From UHGV virus genome UHGV-1463555: 33,875 nt of DNA; one strand, given 5' to 3'. This document shows positions 1-10,239 of this stretch, one piece after another. The notes below the pieces were generated by a model. It made no database searches. It was not told the DNA's origin and worked only from the letters and a program-made list of their open reading frames with translations. The position numbers were made by a program, and so were the translations under genes. The stretch comes from a virus. Position 1 is the first letter of the stretch; each line of letters starts with the position of its first letter.

Positions 1-716
1 AAGAAAGCACGGAAACTAGCATCAGGGTGTTGAATGGTCAGATTGCATTGAAAGTGAGCAAAGATAAACTGTGTTCAGAAATATCAGCGACATCAGATGC
101 AATCACTTTTAAAACGGGTTACTTAATTATCGACACAAACAATTTTAAGTTATACAAAGATGGTACTGCATCATTTAGCGGGACAATCAATGGTGGATCT
201 ATCAATATAAATGATAAGTTTAAGGTATCATCTTCAGGCGCAGTGAGTGTAGATGCCATAACCTATGCAGACACGATCACTACACAGGGACTTTTGTATA
301 CAAATTATATGCGAATATCAGGGAATGCGGATGTCAGTGGAACGCTGACTGCAAATACAGTAACGGTATCTGGCGATGTGTCATGCGAAACATTGTATGA
401 AAGATCAGATAGGAGATTGAAGGAAAATATCAAAGAGATTCCGGATGAAACAGCCTTAAATTTAGTCTTGGGAATGAGACCAGTTACTTTTAAGTTTAAA
501 GATTCTGATCAAAGGTCAATGGGATTGATTGCCCAGGAGCTGGATGCACTTCAGAAAAAACTTGGAACAAATCTTCCTTTGGTAGATCATTCCGAAGAAT
601 ACCTATCAATTCCATATGGAAACAACAGCGTGTTATTTGCCGGAGCAATAAAGGCGCAGCAAAAGGAAATCAAAGAATTGGAAAAAGCTTTAAAAGAGCT
701 TAAGGAGGCAGCTTAG
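1..716 (+). CDS. Tail fibre protein, C-terminal part. Open from base 3 in frame 3 with no start, and continuous in frame with the ORF that runs off the window end (33650..33875). Ends in a peptidase-S74-type intramolecular chaperone / auto-cleavage domain.
   Basis: Frame 3 is open from position 3. The motif 'SDRRLKENI' followed by 'GLIAQEL' matches the start of S74 intramolecular-chaperone domains of phage tail fibres and endosialidases. 'GTINGGSININDKF' is shared with the 32695..33663 paralogue ('GNITGGSININNRF'). The coding repeat ggtggatctatcaatat is identical in both genes. Confidence 0.7.
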   Translation, partial: ESTETSIRVLNGQIALKVSKDKLCSEISATSDAITFKTGYLIIDTNNFKLYKDGTASFSGTINGGSININDKFKVSSSGAVSVDAITYADTITTQGLLYTNYMRISGNADVSGTLTANTVTVSGDVSCETLYERSDRRLKENIKEIPDETALNLVLGMRPVTFKFKDSDQRSMGLIAQELDALQKKLGTNLPLVDHSEEYLSIPYGNNSVLFAGAIKAQQKEIKELEKALKELKEAA

Positions 717-889
717 TGAAGATTGTTTTTGAAGAAAGTGATATTAATACAGCACTGATCGCATTAAATCAGTTAAAAGTTGAGGGAGTAACACAGGCAG
801 GGATTCTGCTTACAATCAATCGAATGCTCCAAAATGGAGAAAGAATGGAATCTGAGACTAAGGACCAGCCGGAAGATAAGAAAGGGGAA
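716..889 (+). CDS. Small hypothetical protein (57 aa) between the tail fibre and the Q/N-rich protein. Below the ORF-track cutoff.
   Basis: GTG at 716 overlaps the upstream TAG (tagtg). The frame is open to TAA at 887-889. The sequence reads VKIVFEESDINTALIALNQLKVEGVTQAGILLTINRMLQNGERMESETKDQPEDKKGE. It fills an otherwise gene-free 180-bp gap in a tightly packed operon. Confidence 0.3.
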
Positions 890-894
890 TAAGT

Positions 895-2160
895 ATGGCA
901 GTTGCATCTATTGTTGATTATTTGAAAAGCCGTAACATGGACAGCTCTTACGGAGCCAGAAAAAACCTTGCATCTCAGTATGGAATTACTGGATACAGCG
1001 GAACTGCACAGCAGAATATGTCACTGTTGAAGTCATTGCAGCAGTCTCAGAAATCACAGGCTGCGGGGCAGCAGAGTAATGCCAACAACCAGAATCAGAA
1101 CGTAACAATTACACCGGTGAGCGATGATGGCAAGACCGGACCGGGACATCCGGCGGCTACATACTTGACGGATTATAACTATGCAAAGTTTTCGCCATCT
1201 GCACGGACAACGGATTATGCTGACAGATTGGATGAAATTGAAAATAATAAGCCGGATGAATACTATAGCAAGTATCAAGGAACAATTGATGGGATCATTG
1301 ATAATATATTAAACAGGAAGTCATTTGACACGAATAGTGTATATGATTCAGATCTGTATAAAAACTACCGGGAACAGTATATCCAGCAGGGACAGAAAGC
1401 CATGAGGGATACCATGGGAGCAGCAACAGCGGCAACAGGTGGTTACGGATCCACTTATGCACAGGCAGCAGGACAGCAGGCGTATGACAATTACCTGAGC
1501 CAGCTGAACGATAAGTCATTTGACATATATGACCGTGTATATCAGCAGTATCTGAATGAAGGACAGGAATTGTATAACCGTCTGAATGCAGTAAATAACC
1601 AGGATAACATTGATTATAGCAGGTATAGAGACAGTGTAAATGATTACTACAATGATCTAAATTATTACGCTGGACGATATGATAGCTCATATAACCAGGA
1701 TTTTGGAGCATACCAGACAGATCTTTCTGCGCAGCAGTGGGCGGAACAGTACGCATACCAGAAGACCCAGGATGCACTTGCACAGCAGAACTGGCAGACA
1801 CAGTTTGACTATCAGAAACAGCAGGATGCATTGCAGCTGGAATTGCAGAGACAGCAGTTGGCGGCATCACTGGCTAAAAAAGCATCCGGAGGCAGTGGAG
1901 GAAGTAAAAGAGGTGGTAAATCAAGCAAGAAAACTTCTAGCTCTGCAACGGACCTGTCTAACTATGTGGCAGATGCGAAGAAGCTCCTTAATGCGAAAGA
2001 TGGTCATGGCATTAATTATTATGACGATTCGTATGTGATTGAGTATATCGCTGATAAATATCCAAGTCTTACAGATAGCCAGATTAAAAAAGTTATGACC
2101 CAGGCTGGTGGAGATTATGATAAGGGTCTGAGAACACTGAAAAAGATTACCGAAGAATAG
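895..2160 (+). CDS. Q/N/Y/D-rich low-complexity (prion-like composition) protein with an N-terminal ~45-aa module resembling short peptidoglycan-binding repeats (LysM/CW_7-like). Likely virion-associated.
   Basis: SD ggggaataagtATG. The N-terminus is 'VDYLKSRNMDSSYGARKNLASQYGITGYSGTAQQNMSLLKSL'. Residues ~150-330 are dominated by Q, N, Y and D (for example 'YDNYLSQLNDKSFDIYDRVYQQYLNEGQELYNRLNAVNNQDNIDYSRYRDSVNDYYNDLNYYAGRYDSSYNQDFGAYQ'). A GGSGGSKRGGKSSKK linker follows. The gene sits inside the late structural operon. Confidence 0.55.
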   Translation: MAVASIVDYLKSRNMDSSYGARKNLASQYGITGYSGTAQQNMSLLKSLQQSQKSQAAGQQSNANNQNQNVTITPVSDDGKTGPGHPAATYLTDYNYAKFSPSARTTDYADRLDEIENNKPDEYYSKYQGTIDGIIDNILNRKSFDTNSVYDSDLYKNYREQYIQQGQKAMRDTMGAATAATGGYGSTYAQAAGQQAYDNYLSQLNDKSFDIYDRVYQQYLNEGQELYNRLNAVNNQDNIDYSRYRDSVNDYYNDLNYYAGRYDSSYNQDFGAYQTDLSAQQWAEQYAYQKTQDALAQQNWQTQFDYQKQQDALQLELQRQQLAASLAKKASGGSGGSKRGGKSSKKTSSSATDLSNYVADAKKLLNAKDGHGINYYDDSYVIEYIADKYPSLTDSQIKKVMTQAGGDYDKGLRTLKKITEE

Positions 2161-2172
2161 GGGGCATAGAAA

Positions 2173-5100
2173 GTGGCTACTACGTTATCCAGTGTACTGA
2201 AAAAGAAGAAGGCAATGGAGGGATATCATCCTAAATTTGATAATGAGGATAATGATCCGCTAAGAAATGCGTCTGGAGAAAGAAGCTATGCCTCACAAGG
2301 AGGCGGAGCAGAGGAATACAGTGAACTGCGTACAATGTTAAATAAAAAAAAGGAAAGAGAACGGAAACAAAGGGAAGAGGCAGAAGCTGTAAGAAAAAAG
2401 CAAAGCGAAGAAAGAGCACAAAAAATACGTATTGAAGCTACAAAGCAACATACAACTGCCATGACAGATTTTGTACGTAGTGATCGCGAAAAGGTAGCAG
2501 AAAGCGCTATTCCTATGGCAGATGCAATAAAAAAGTATAAAGAATATAAAAAAAGCCAGCAAGAGCAACAGATATGGGAAAAAGCAAAGAACAAAATCGA
2601 TAAGGAAGAAAAAGAAAGCGGAATTGATTGGAATAATGTTGAAAATCAGTATGATGAACAGTATGATAGGGAGATTATCAAAGATTATAAGAAGAAAAAG
2701 TTAGATGAAAAAAAAGAGTTAAATAAACAGCAGGCAGAACGAAATAAAGTTGGTGTTGATTATGGTGGCTCTTTTATTAAATATACTGACATTCCTGAAA
2801 TGGATGATTTCAAAGAACAGGTTGAAAACGGAAAAAATAAACCCAATGCCGTATCAGGGATTCAGGTATTTACGCCACTTGATTATTTAAGTAAAGACAG
2901 GCGGGCATTAAGAAGATCATCCAAGGCTACAAATGATTGGATGAATGACGATGAAAAAAATGTATATTATTATTTGAACGGGAAAATTGGTCCACAAGCT
3001 GCGGAAAAATACATTGATTCGTTGCAAGCTGTATTAAATGAAAGAAGTGCAACTGATATCAAGGCTAATGCGCAGGACTTTGCAAAAAAACATCCAGTTG
3101 CAGGGGTAGTGGCAGATGCATTGACAGCAACATCAACAATGGCGGCATATCCGGCAATGGTTGCAAAATATGGATGGAGTGCTGCAAATGGCGATAAAGA
3201 TAATATAGATCCGAACGATCCTATGTTTACGGCCAGCGTATTAAACGAAGGATTTCAAAAAGGGGTATCAGAAAACGAAAGTCTTACCACACTTATCCCT
3301 AATGAAAATATAAGAAATTTTGCAGTGGGAACGGGTATGTCAATGGCGGAAAACATTGGACGGTTGCCTATGGGAGCGGTAGGATTAGCAGCAGCCGCAG
3401 GAGGAGCAGGATTATCCGCAACGAAAGATGCTGCTGAACGCGGAGGAAACATTCAACAGTCATTAGAGCTGGGAGCGGCAAATGCAGCAGCAGAGGCATT
3501 TTTCGAAAAGTTTTCGTTGGAGGGACTTGAAAAATTTAAGACACATCCTGGAAAGGGTGTAAGAGAATTTTTGAAAAATGTTGCAAAACAGGCAGTGACG
3601 GAAGGGTCGGAAGAAGTATTTACAGAAATTGCTAACACGCTATCTGATCAACTTATAATGGGAGAATTGTCTCAATATAACCAAGAATATGAAATATATA
3701 AAGCAAAAGGATTCAGTGAAAGTGAGGCTAGGAACAGGGCATTTGAAGATTTTTTGAAAAATGTAGCCATGTCGGGATTGGGAGGTGCTGTATCTGGTGG
3801 AATCATGGGAGCTGGTGGTCAGATCCTTGGAAATACTGAGAATAATAGAAGACTAGCAGACTACGGAAGCAGATTAAACCCTGATTACAGGGATTATTCG
3901 GAAGGAATTGATACAGACAGAAGCAGCTATCAGAATGAGGAAAGCTGGAAAGAGGCGGTAGATTTACAGCAGCTTGCTAAAGAATATGCAGAGCGGCAGA
4001 AAAACAAAGAATTTATTAAGAATCGAGACAAAGCTGAATATGACATTCGTATGCAGGAATGGTTTAATCGTGTACAGGCAGAACAGTCATCAGGTTCGGA
4101 TGCGAATGAAGGATTTCAGGATACACAGAATCAGATGAAAGAAGAACCGGTACAGGAAGAACCGCCAGTGCAGGAAGAAGAGCCGGTACAGGAAGACTGG
4201 TCAGTGCAAGGAGAGCAGCCAACGCAGGAAAATGTACAACAGAATACAGAGCAGAACCAGGCTGAACCTCAAATACAAAATGTACAGAATCCTACGGAAA
4301 ATGTACAAGAAACAGCAGACAATGTACAGAATCCGGTCACAGACACTCAGGAGGCGAAAGAGTACCGTTCAGGATATGGAAAGAACGGTGGTGAGGCTTT
4401 GGTCAATACATATGATGGATCTGTAGATGTATCTACATTCAACAAAGCATTTGGCCGTGCTTATGACGCAGGCTATAATCAGATCGATCTGGACACAGCT
4501 ACTCACTCGGCTTTAATGTCTCTTTTATCCGATCAGCAGATAGAAGCTGCCTACCGTGCCGGTATCCAGGATTATAATCTAGATAACCAGATTAAACCTC
4601 AGTACACACAGGGACAGCCCAAAGAGGGCGGTTTAGGCACTGTATCTGACTACGCAACACAGGATCAGCGCAATGTAGCAGAGCATATAGGAAAGAAAAC
4701 AGGCATTAAGATTAACCTGGTAGACAACCTTTCCCAGGAGAATGCAACAGCATCATATAAACCAGGAGAGATAACCATAAACATCAACTCCGAGGATTTT
4801 AACGGATCTCTTTCTCACGAATTGACACATTTTATTAAAGATACAGCCCCAGAATCTTACCGCTTGTATCAGGAGATCGTGACAGAAGCACAAATGAAGA
4901 CAACCGGAAAAGCCTGGGAAGATTTAGTAGAATCATACACCAACCGCTATAAGGATGCCGGGCAAGACCTCACCCGTCAGCAGGTAATGGAAGAGATTGC
5001 CGCAGATGCGACACAGAAATTCTTGAACGATCCGGATTTTATCGACCAGGTAGTAAAAAAAGATCGCAACTTAGCCCAGAAGATCATTGATTTCCTGTCA

Positions 5101-8100
5101 GATGTGATCGATTCGATCAAGAACCTGATCAAAACCGGCAGCACCCGTGCAGCAGCAAAGAATCTGGAACAGGATGTACAGATGTATGAAGATGCCCGCT
5201 ATGCTTGGCTGCTTGGTCTGGAGCAAGGTAGCAAGGACTATAAAGCAGGTAAAGAAAGAGCGGATAACATCATGCAAAGCAGCAAGTATGAATTAAATCA
5301 GTTTGGATTTGAGGAATACGGAGAGAAAGAGAAAGGCTGGTGGAAAAATAACGACAGTATCATAATATGCAACACAAAACAAGATATTGCAGATTTTTAC
5401 CGCGATCATGTCCACAAAAAACCATATGCAAGATTATATATTGGAAAAATAGGTCCAGAGCTCGCGCAACGGATTTACAAAGACACAGGAGTCAATACAG
5501 AAAATTTAAATGTTGCCATTACAAGCGAGTTTGAAGACAGCCATAGCAATCCAGAAAAAGAAAGATCGAGAGGGCAGACACCGGTAACGCCGGAGATACT
5601 ATCAAGACTTCCGGAAATTATATCAAGCTACGATAAGGTAGAAAATACAACCAGTTCCAAAGATAGAAAACCAGTTCTGAAATTCGAGAAGGATATTAAT
5701 GGAAAAAATGTTGCCGTAGAATATGTTAGAAGCAAGAAAGGAATGCTTGAGCTGCACACAATGTATGCGTGGGAAAATAAAAATAGCAGGAGTGTATCCA
5801 CTACGCTTACAATGCCAGAAAAAACTGACCCGTACAGAACGTCCGAAACGTATAGCGTCATTACTCCTGCTACTAAGGACAATATACAACCAGGTACAGA
5901 AAAAAGCAAGACTCGTTTCCAGTTGGATGATGTAGACGATACTATGAGTGAACGTAGAATTCAGGCATTGCAAGACCAAAATGAAGCTTTAAAGCAGGCG
6001 AATGATCTTCTGGAACAGCAGTTTAAGTTGACAGACAAGGATGCAGTGCGGACTGAGGATATCAAAAAAGTTGCAAGGAATATTTTGAAAGAGTATGGTA
6101 GCAAATATCCGAGTGAAACATTGGAAAGAAATCTGTCTAAGCTTTATCAGTATATCCGTGGTGCTGATCAGGTGGATGGACAAGCCATTACAGAAGCAGC
6201 TACCAGTATGGGTAAAAGCATCTTGAAAAAGTCACAATCGGTGGAAACAGAACAGACTGAAAGATATAAAGATGTGCGAGACTTGATAAAGAATACAAAA
6301 ATCTCAATTTCGGATCAAGATAAACCAGATCTTGCATCTGAAGGGGGATATAATGATTTCAGAAGACATAATTTTGGAAGGATGAAATTGGGAGCTGATG
6401 GAGTATCAATAGATTCATTTTATACAGATACATTAAACCCGGCAGATCCTGAAAAATTCCCTTTGAGCATAACACATCCAGCTGACCGACTGAAACAAGT
6501 AGCAGCATTTTTAGATGAAACAGCTCCGCAAGTTATAAATCCGTATGCTGCTGATATGGAAGAAATGTCATACATGATCGGTCAAGAAATTTTAGATTCG
6601 TATTTTGATGTGAGAAAACCAAGTGCGACGTTTGCTGATAAAAAAGAGGCTCAGATGCAAAAATTGCGCTGGCAGTATCAGCAGAAGATAAGAGACTATA
6701 AAAATGATTTGAAATCAAAGTATGATGAAAGCCTTAAACAGATTAAAAAGCAGAACCTTGAAGAAAGCGCACGCCTGGCAGAACAGTATAAAAACCTCAC
6801 AGAAGCAGAGCGAAAAGAGCAGAGGGAGTATTATAAAAAAAGGATGGATGATCTGCGAAACAGCAAGAACCAGGAATTGGCAGCCATGCAGCAGAGGAGC
6901 AAAGAGCGGATCAAGTCATTGAGGGAGAATCAGCAGAAAAGGGAAGATAAGAGACAGATCATCAAAGAAAGAAAAAAATTACAGAATTGGTTGCTGAAAC
7001 CGACTGATTCAAAGCATATTCCAGAGGGACTGAGACAATCTGTAGCGGCTTTCCTGAACAACATTGATTTTTCTCCAAATGATGAGGATAGTGAGATCAA
7101 GACCCAACGAAAAGAAGACTGGAAAGCAGCCCAGGATGCATTTAAGGAGATTCTAGATAATGGCGGTGTTTATGTGGACCCGAAGACTGGTGATACCATG
7201 ACCATGGATATTGACCCAGATATTGCACAGCGCATTCAGGAACTAATTGAAAAAACAAAGGGAATTGATAAACTGGATAACTTGGATGCATATAGCATGG
7301 GTGAGCTTAAAAAGACAGTTATGGCTATGAAAAAGGCTATAACAGAAGTAAATGATCTTAAGAGCAACAAAAAATCTGGAGAACTGAGTATTCTGGCAGA
7401 TGGAGTGTTTAGAGATCTGGAGCAGAGGCGGAATAAGGTGGAGTATGTAGGACCTGCGGGAATGGGAGATAAAATGTTGAATTATGACATGCTGGATCCG
7501 CAGACCATGTTTGGAAAAATGGGAGACAACATGAAGTCCACCTATGATGCATTGCGTAGCGGACTGGATAAAAAGACAGAAAAATTGAGATCTGCTCAGG
7601 AGTATGTGGATGATATTGTGGATAAGTATGGAATCAAGCCTAAAGAATTGCGTGAATGGACGGGATCAAATGCCAAGACACAGCATTTTAAGACTTCGAG
7701 AGGTGAGATTGATCTTACTGTAGCCCAGGTGATGTCGCTGTATGAGTTAAATAAAAGAAGCCAGGCCAGAGGACATATGTACGATCGAAAAGGCGGTATT
7801 AAGCAGGCACCGGTACTTGGAAAAGCTAAACTGGAAGGGAAAACTTATACACCGGCCCAGATAAAAAAGAACTATCGTCCTGTAAAGGTTACAGAGGCAG
7901 ATGTAGCAATGATTACAAAGACTTTAACACCGGCGCAGCGTGCTCTTGCGGATGGATTGCAGCAGTTTATGGGAGATCAGTGTGCAGCCTGGGGAAATGA
8001 AGTAACCATGGACATGTATGGTTATGAAAAATTCACAGCAAAGAACTACTTCCCAATTAGCACGGATAAAAACTATGTGGCAACCAGGCAGGGAGATGCG

Positions 8101-10239
8101 GGAAATAAAGAGGCAACTATTAAGAACATGGGAATCACCAAGAGTACAACCCCATATGCGAATAATCCATTGATTATTGAGGACATCTTTGATGTGTTTA
8201 GCCGCCAAGTTGATAATATGAGTACATACAATGCCTATGTGGTCCCACTGTCAGATCTTAATAAGGTGTACAACTATAAGGACGCAAGAGGAACAACAGA
8301 GTTTGGATCATCTATCAAAGAAGAGATAGAGAGGACTTTTGGAAAAGAGGGAAATGATTATATCAACAAACTGGTATTGGATATAAATGGTAGCATTAAT
8401 AAGGAACGAAGCATTAGTGATACGCTATTTTCCAACATGAAAGCAGCATCAGTTGCTGGAAATCTTCGCGTAGCCATTCAGCAGCCTACAGCGTATGTCA
8501 GAGCCTCAATGGAGATAAGCCCCAAGTATTTAGCACAAGGTGCTTTTACTATTACCAAGAAAGGCCAGTGGGACCTAATCTGCAAATATGCACCGATCGC
8601 GCAGTGGAAAGACTGGGGATTTTATCGGATGGATACCAGCCGCCAGATGAAAGACATCATGTTTAATACAGACAGCGCAAAGCAGAGGTTTGTGAACAGC
8701 ACAATGATCCTGGCAGAGAAAGGCGATGAGTTAGCTTGGAATCGCCTTTGGAGAGCTTGCGAATTTGAGTGTAAAGATCAGCATCCAGAATTAAAAGAAG
8801 GTTCAGAGGAGTTTTACACCCAGGTAGGTAAACGCTTTGGTGAAGTGGTAGATAAGACTCAGGTTGTTGATTCTGTATTGCATAGAACGCAGATCATGCG
8901 TAGCGAGAAAGATTTTAATAAATTAATAACAAGTTTTATGGCAGAACCACTAAAGACGTATGATATGTTATATCGGGCGGCTGTAGATTTAAAAACAGGC
9001 AAACCAGGTTCTCGGAAAATGGCTGTAAGAGCGGCGACTGTATTTACAATGACTAACATTATCACAGCGCTTGCGGCATCAGTGGTTGATGTGATGCGCG
9101 ATAACGATCGCGATAAGAACCTTAAGGAGAAGTACCAAGAAAACGTAGAATCTAATTTTTGGGACAACATGAATCTCTTAAATAATGTACCATATGTAAA
9201 AGAAGTTTTCTCTATGATGGCCGGATATTCTCCTAAGCGTGCAGATTTAGCAAGCATTGAGGATTTGTATTATGCCTGGAATCGTATCGATCAGTTACGA
9301 GAGGGAAACAGTCAATATACACCGCAGTATGTGGCGATATATTCTGCTCAGATGGCAAGTAAATTAACAGGTATCCCGATTAAGGGTCTTACACGTGATA
9401 TGGGAGCTGTAGCGGATACGATATTTGATAGCATAGGAGGAAAAGCAGACTATGCTTGGTTAAAACAGAAGTACGATATTGGAAGCAAGCAGAACTTGAA
9501 TATGTATGTTGGTATGATGGTGCAGGCACATAGAAGCGGAGATCAGGACTTCCAGCAAAAAATCAAAACGGATCTTAATAAGGCTGGCATCGATAACGAT
9601 ACCATTACAAAAAAAATTAAGACCATTATCAAATCAGAACTGATCACTAAAACCACAGTGAATCCGCTTGTTGATGCGGCAGCCCAGGCAAAAACAGCCT
9701 ATGATCTGGAAAAATATGAAAAGATAGCAGAGCAGCTGACAGCTCAGGGGTATGCGCCTAAACTGGTTAAGTCAGCCATAGATGCAAGAATTAAGCAGCT
9801 TGAAGGCTCTGGGGATGATATAGACTGGGAAGAAGAGGCAGAAACAGAACCGGATAGCCTGTATGGAGATATCCTGATGGATCAGGATGCATCAGAGGAT
9901 AGCAGCAGTGTAACATTCTATAGCAATTCGGATCTTCTGGCAGCAATAGGCCAGTATGATAATAAAAATGCTAAATCTCTGGATCCTTTTAAAAAGATGG
10001 CAGATGCCATTGTAAAAAGTAAAGTGGATGAAGGAAAGACACAGAAAGAGGCTGCAGGTTCGATTAAAACATCCATTACGAGTCATTATAAGCCTTTATG
10101 GATTGCAGCCGACAGAAAAGGCAGAGAAGAGATCCAGAATGTCCTTAAACAGCTTAAGGTAAATGGAAAGGCATTGTATACCGGAGAGGATTGGACGAAT
10201 TGGAATAAGGCAGCAAAAAAGAAGCAAAAGAAGCAGTAG
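2173..10239 (+). CDS. Giant (2,688 aa) multidomain virion-associated protein. It contains a zincin-like HExxH metallopeptidase motif. It is a candidate ejected internal or polyvalent protein.
   Basis: A single uninterrupted frame-1 ORF with start GTG/ATG near 2173-2215. The N-terminus is lysine/glutamate-rich. An acidic E/P/V/Q tandem-repeat tract lies at ~aa 655-730. The motif 'SHELTHFIKD' (HExxH) is at ~aa 875. All antisense ORFs inside are short and low-complexity. It is the last gene of the late operon, after the tail fibres. Confidence 0.75.
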   Translation: MATTLSSVLKKKKAMEGYHPKFDNEDNDPLRNASGERSYASQGGGAEEYSELRTMLNKKKERERKQREEAEAVRKKQSEERAQKIRIEATKQHTTAMTDFVRSDREKVAESAIPMADAIKKYKEYKKSQQEQQIWEKAKNKIDKEEKESGIDWNNVENQYDEQYDREIIKDYKKKKLDEKKELNKQQAERNKVGVDYGGSFIKYTDIPEMDDFKEQVENGKNKPNAVSGIQVFTPLDYLSKDRRALRRSSKATNDWMNDDEKNVYYYLNGKIGPQAAEKYIDSLQAVLNERSATDIKANAQDFAKKHPVAGVVADALTATSTMAAYPAMVAKYGWSAANGDKDNIDPNDPMFTASVLNEGFQKGVSENESLTTLIPNENIRNFAVGTGMSMAENIGRLPMGAVGLAAAAGGAGLSATKDAAERGGNIQQSLELGAANAAAEAFFEKFSLEGLEKFKTHPGKGVREFLKNVAKQAVTEGSEEVFTEIANTLSDQLIMGELSQYNQEYEIYKAKGFSESEARNRAFEDFLKNVAMSGLGGAVSGGIMGAGGQILGNTENNRRLADYGSRLNPDYRDYSEGIDTDRSSYQNEESWKEAVDLQQLAKEYAERQKNKEFIKNRDKAEYDIRMQEWFNRVQAEQSSGSDANEGFQDTQNQMKEEPVQEEPPVQEEEPVQEDWSVQGEQPTQENVQQNTEQNQAEPQIQNVQNPTENVQETADNVQNPVTDTQEAKEYRSGYGKNGGEALVNTYDGSVDVSTFNKAFGRAYDAGYNQIDLDTATHSALMSLLSDQQIEAAYRAGIQDYNLDNQIKPQYTQGQPKEGGLGTVSDYATQDQRNVAEHIGKKTGIKINLVDNLSQENATASYKPGEITININSEDFNGSLSHELTHFIKDTAPESYRLYQEIVTEAQMKTTGKAWEDLVESYTNRYKDAGQDLTRQQVMEEIAADATQKFLNDPDFIDQVVKKDRNLAQKIIDFLSDVIDSIKNLIKTGSTRAAAKNLEQDVQMYEDARYAWLLGLEQGSKDYKAGKERADNIMQSSKYELNQFGFEEYGEKEKGWWKNNDSIIICNTKQDIADFYRDHVHKKPYARLYIGKIGPELAQRIYKDTGVNTENLNVAITSEFEDSHSNPEKERSRGQTPVTPEILSRLPEIISSYDKVENTTSSKDRKPVLKFEKDINGKNVAVEYVRSKKGMLELHTMYAWENKNSRSVSTTLTMPEKTDPYRTSETYSVITPATKDNIQPGTEKSKTRFQLDDVDDTMSERRIQALQDQNEALKQANDLLEQQFKLTDKDAVRTEDIKKVARNILKEYGSKYPSETLERNLSKLYQYIRGADQVDGQAITEAATSMGKSILKKSQSVETEQTERYKDVRDLIKNTKISISDQDKPDLASEGGYNDFRRHNFGRMKLGADGVSIDSFYTDTLNPADPEKFPLSITHPADRLKQVAAFLDETAPQVINPYAADMEEMSYMIGQEILDSYFDVRKPSATFADKKEAQMQKLRWQYQQKIRDYKNDLKSKYDESLKQIKKQNLEESARLAEQYKNLTEAERKEQREYYKKRMDDLRNSKNQELAAMQQRSKERIKSLRENQQKREDKRQIIKERKKLQNWLLKPTDSKHIPEGLRQSVAAFLNNIDFSPNDEDSEIKTQRKEDWKAAQDAFKEILDNGGVYVDPKTGDTMTMDIDPDIAQRIQELIEKTKGIDKLDNLDAYSMGELKKTVMAMKKAITEVNDLKSNKKSGELSILADGVFRDLEQRRNKVEYVGPAGMGDKMLNYDMLDPQTMFGKMGDNMKSTYDALRSGLDKKTEKLRSAQEYVDDIVDKYGIKPKELREWTGSNAKTQHFKTSRGEIDLTVAQVMSLYELNKRSQARGHMYDRKGGIKQAPVLGKAKLEGKTYTPAQIKKNYRPVKVTEADVAMITKTLTPAQRALADGLQQFMGDQCAAWGNEVTMDMYGYEKFTAKNYFPISTDKNYVATRQGDAGNKEATIKNMGITKSTTPYANNPLIIEDIFDVFSRQVDNMSTYNAYVVPLSDLNKVYNYKDARGTTEFGSSIKEEIERTFGKEGNDYINKLVLDINGSINKERSISDTLFSNMKAASVAGNLRVAIQQPTAYVRASMEISPKYLAQGAFTITKKGQWDLICKYAPIAQWKDWGFYRMDTSRQMKDIMFNTDSAKQRFVNSTMILAEKGDELAWNRLWRACEFECKDQHPELKEGSEEFYTQVGKRFGEVVDKTQVVDSVLHRTQIMRSEKDFNKLITSFMAEPLKTYDMLYRAAVDLKTGKPGSRKMAVRAATVFTMTNIITALAASVVDVMRDNDRDKNLKEKYQENVESNFWDNMNLLNNVPYVKEVFSMMAGYSPKRADLASIEDLYYAWNRIDQLREGNSQYTPQYVAIYSAQMASKLTGIPIKGLTRDMGAVADTIFDSIGGKADYAWLKQKYDIGSKQNLNMYVGMMVQAHRSGDQDFQQKIKTDLNKAGIDNDTITKKIKTIIKSELITKTTVNPLVDAAAQAKTAYDLEKYEKIAEQLTAQGYAPKLVKSAIDARIKQLEGSGDDIDWEEEAETEPDSLYGDILMDQDASEDSSSVTFYSNSDLLAAIGQYDNKNAKSLDPFKKMADAIVKSKVDEGKTQKEAAGSIKTSITSHYKPLWIAADRKGREEIQNVLKQLKVNGKALYTGEDWTNWNKAAKKKQKKQ
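4141..4340 (+). repeat. Coding low-complexity tandem repeats inside the giant gene (EEPVQ x3, then NVQN/NVQE x5).
   Basis: gaagaaccggtacaggaagaaccgccagtgcaggaagaagagccggtacaggaa followed by repeated aatgtacag(a/g)a units. Translates to EEPVQEEPPVQEEEPVQ...QNVQNPTENVQETADNVQNP. Confidence 0.6.

Noticed and set aside
1054-2038. Overlapping ORFs on both strands inside 895..2160
   Set aside because: These are alternative-frame readings of the Q/N-rich repeat DNA. The long sense ORF has an SD and is continuous.
2231-2594. Three overlapping minus-strand ORFs (62-102 aa) inside the 5' end of the giant gene
   Set aside because: They are antisense to a K/E-rich coding region. They translate to F/L/S low-complexity strings, have no RBS, and lie within an uninterrupted 8-kb sense ORF.
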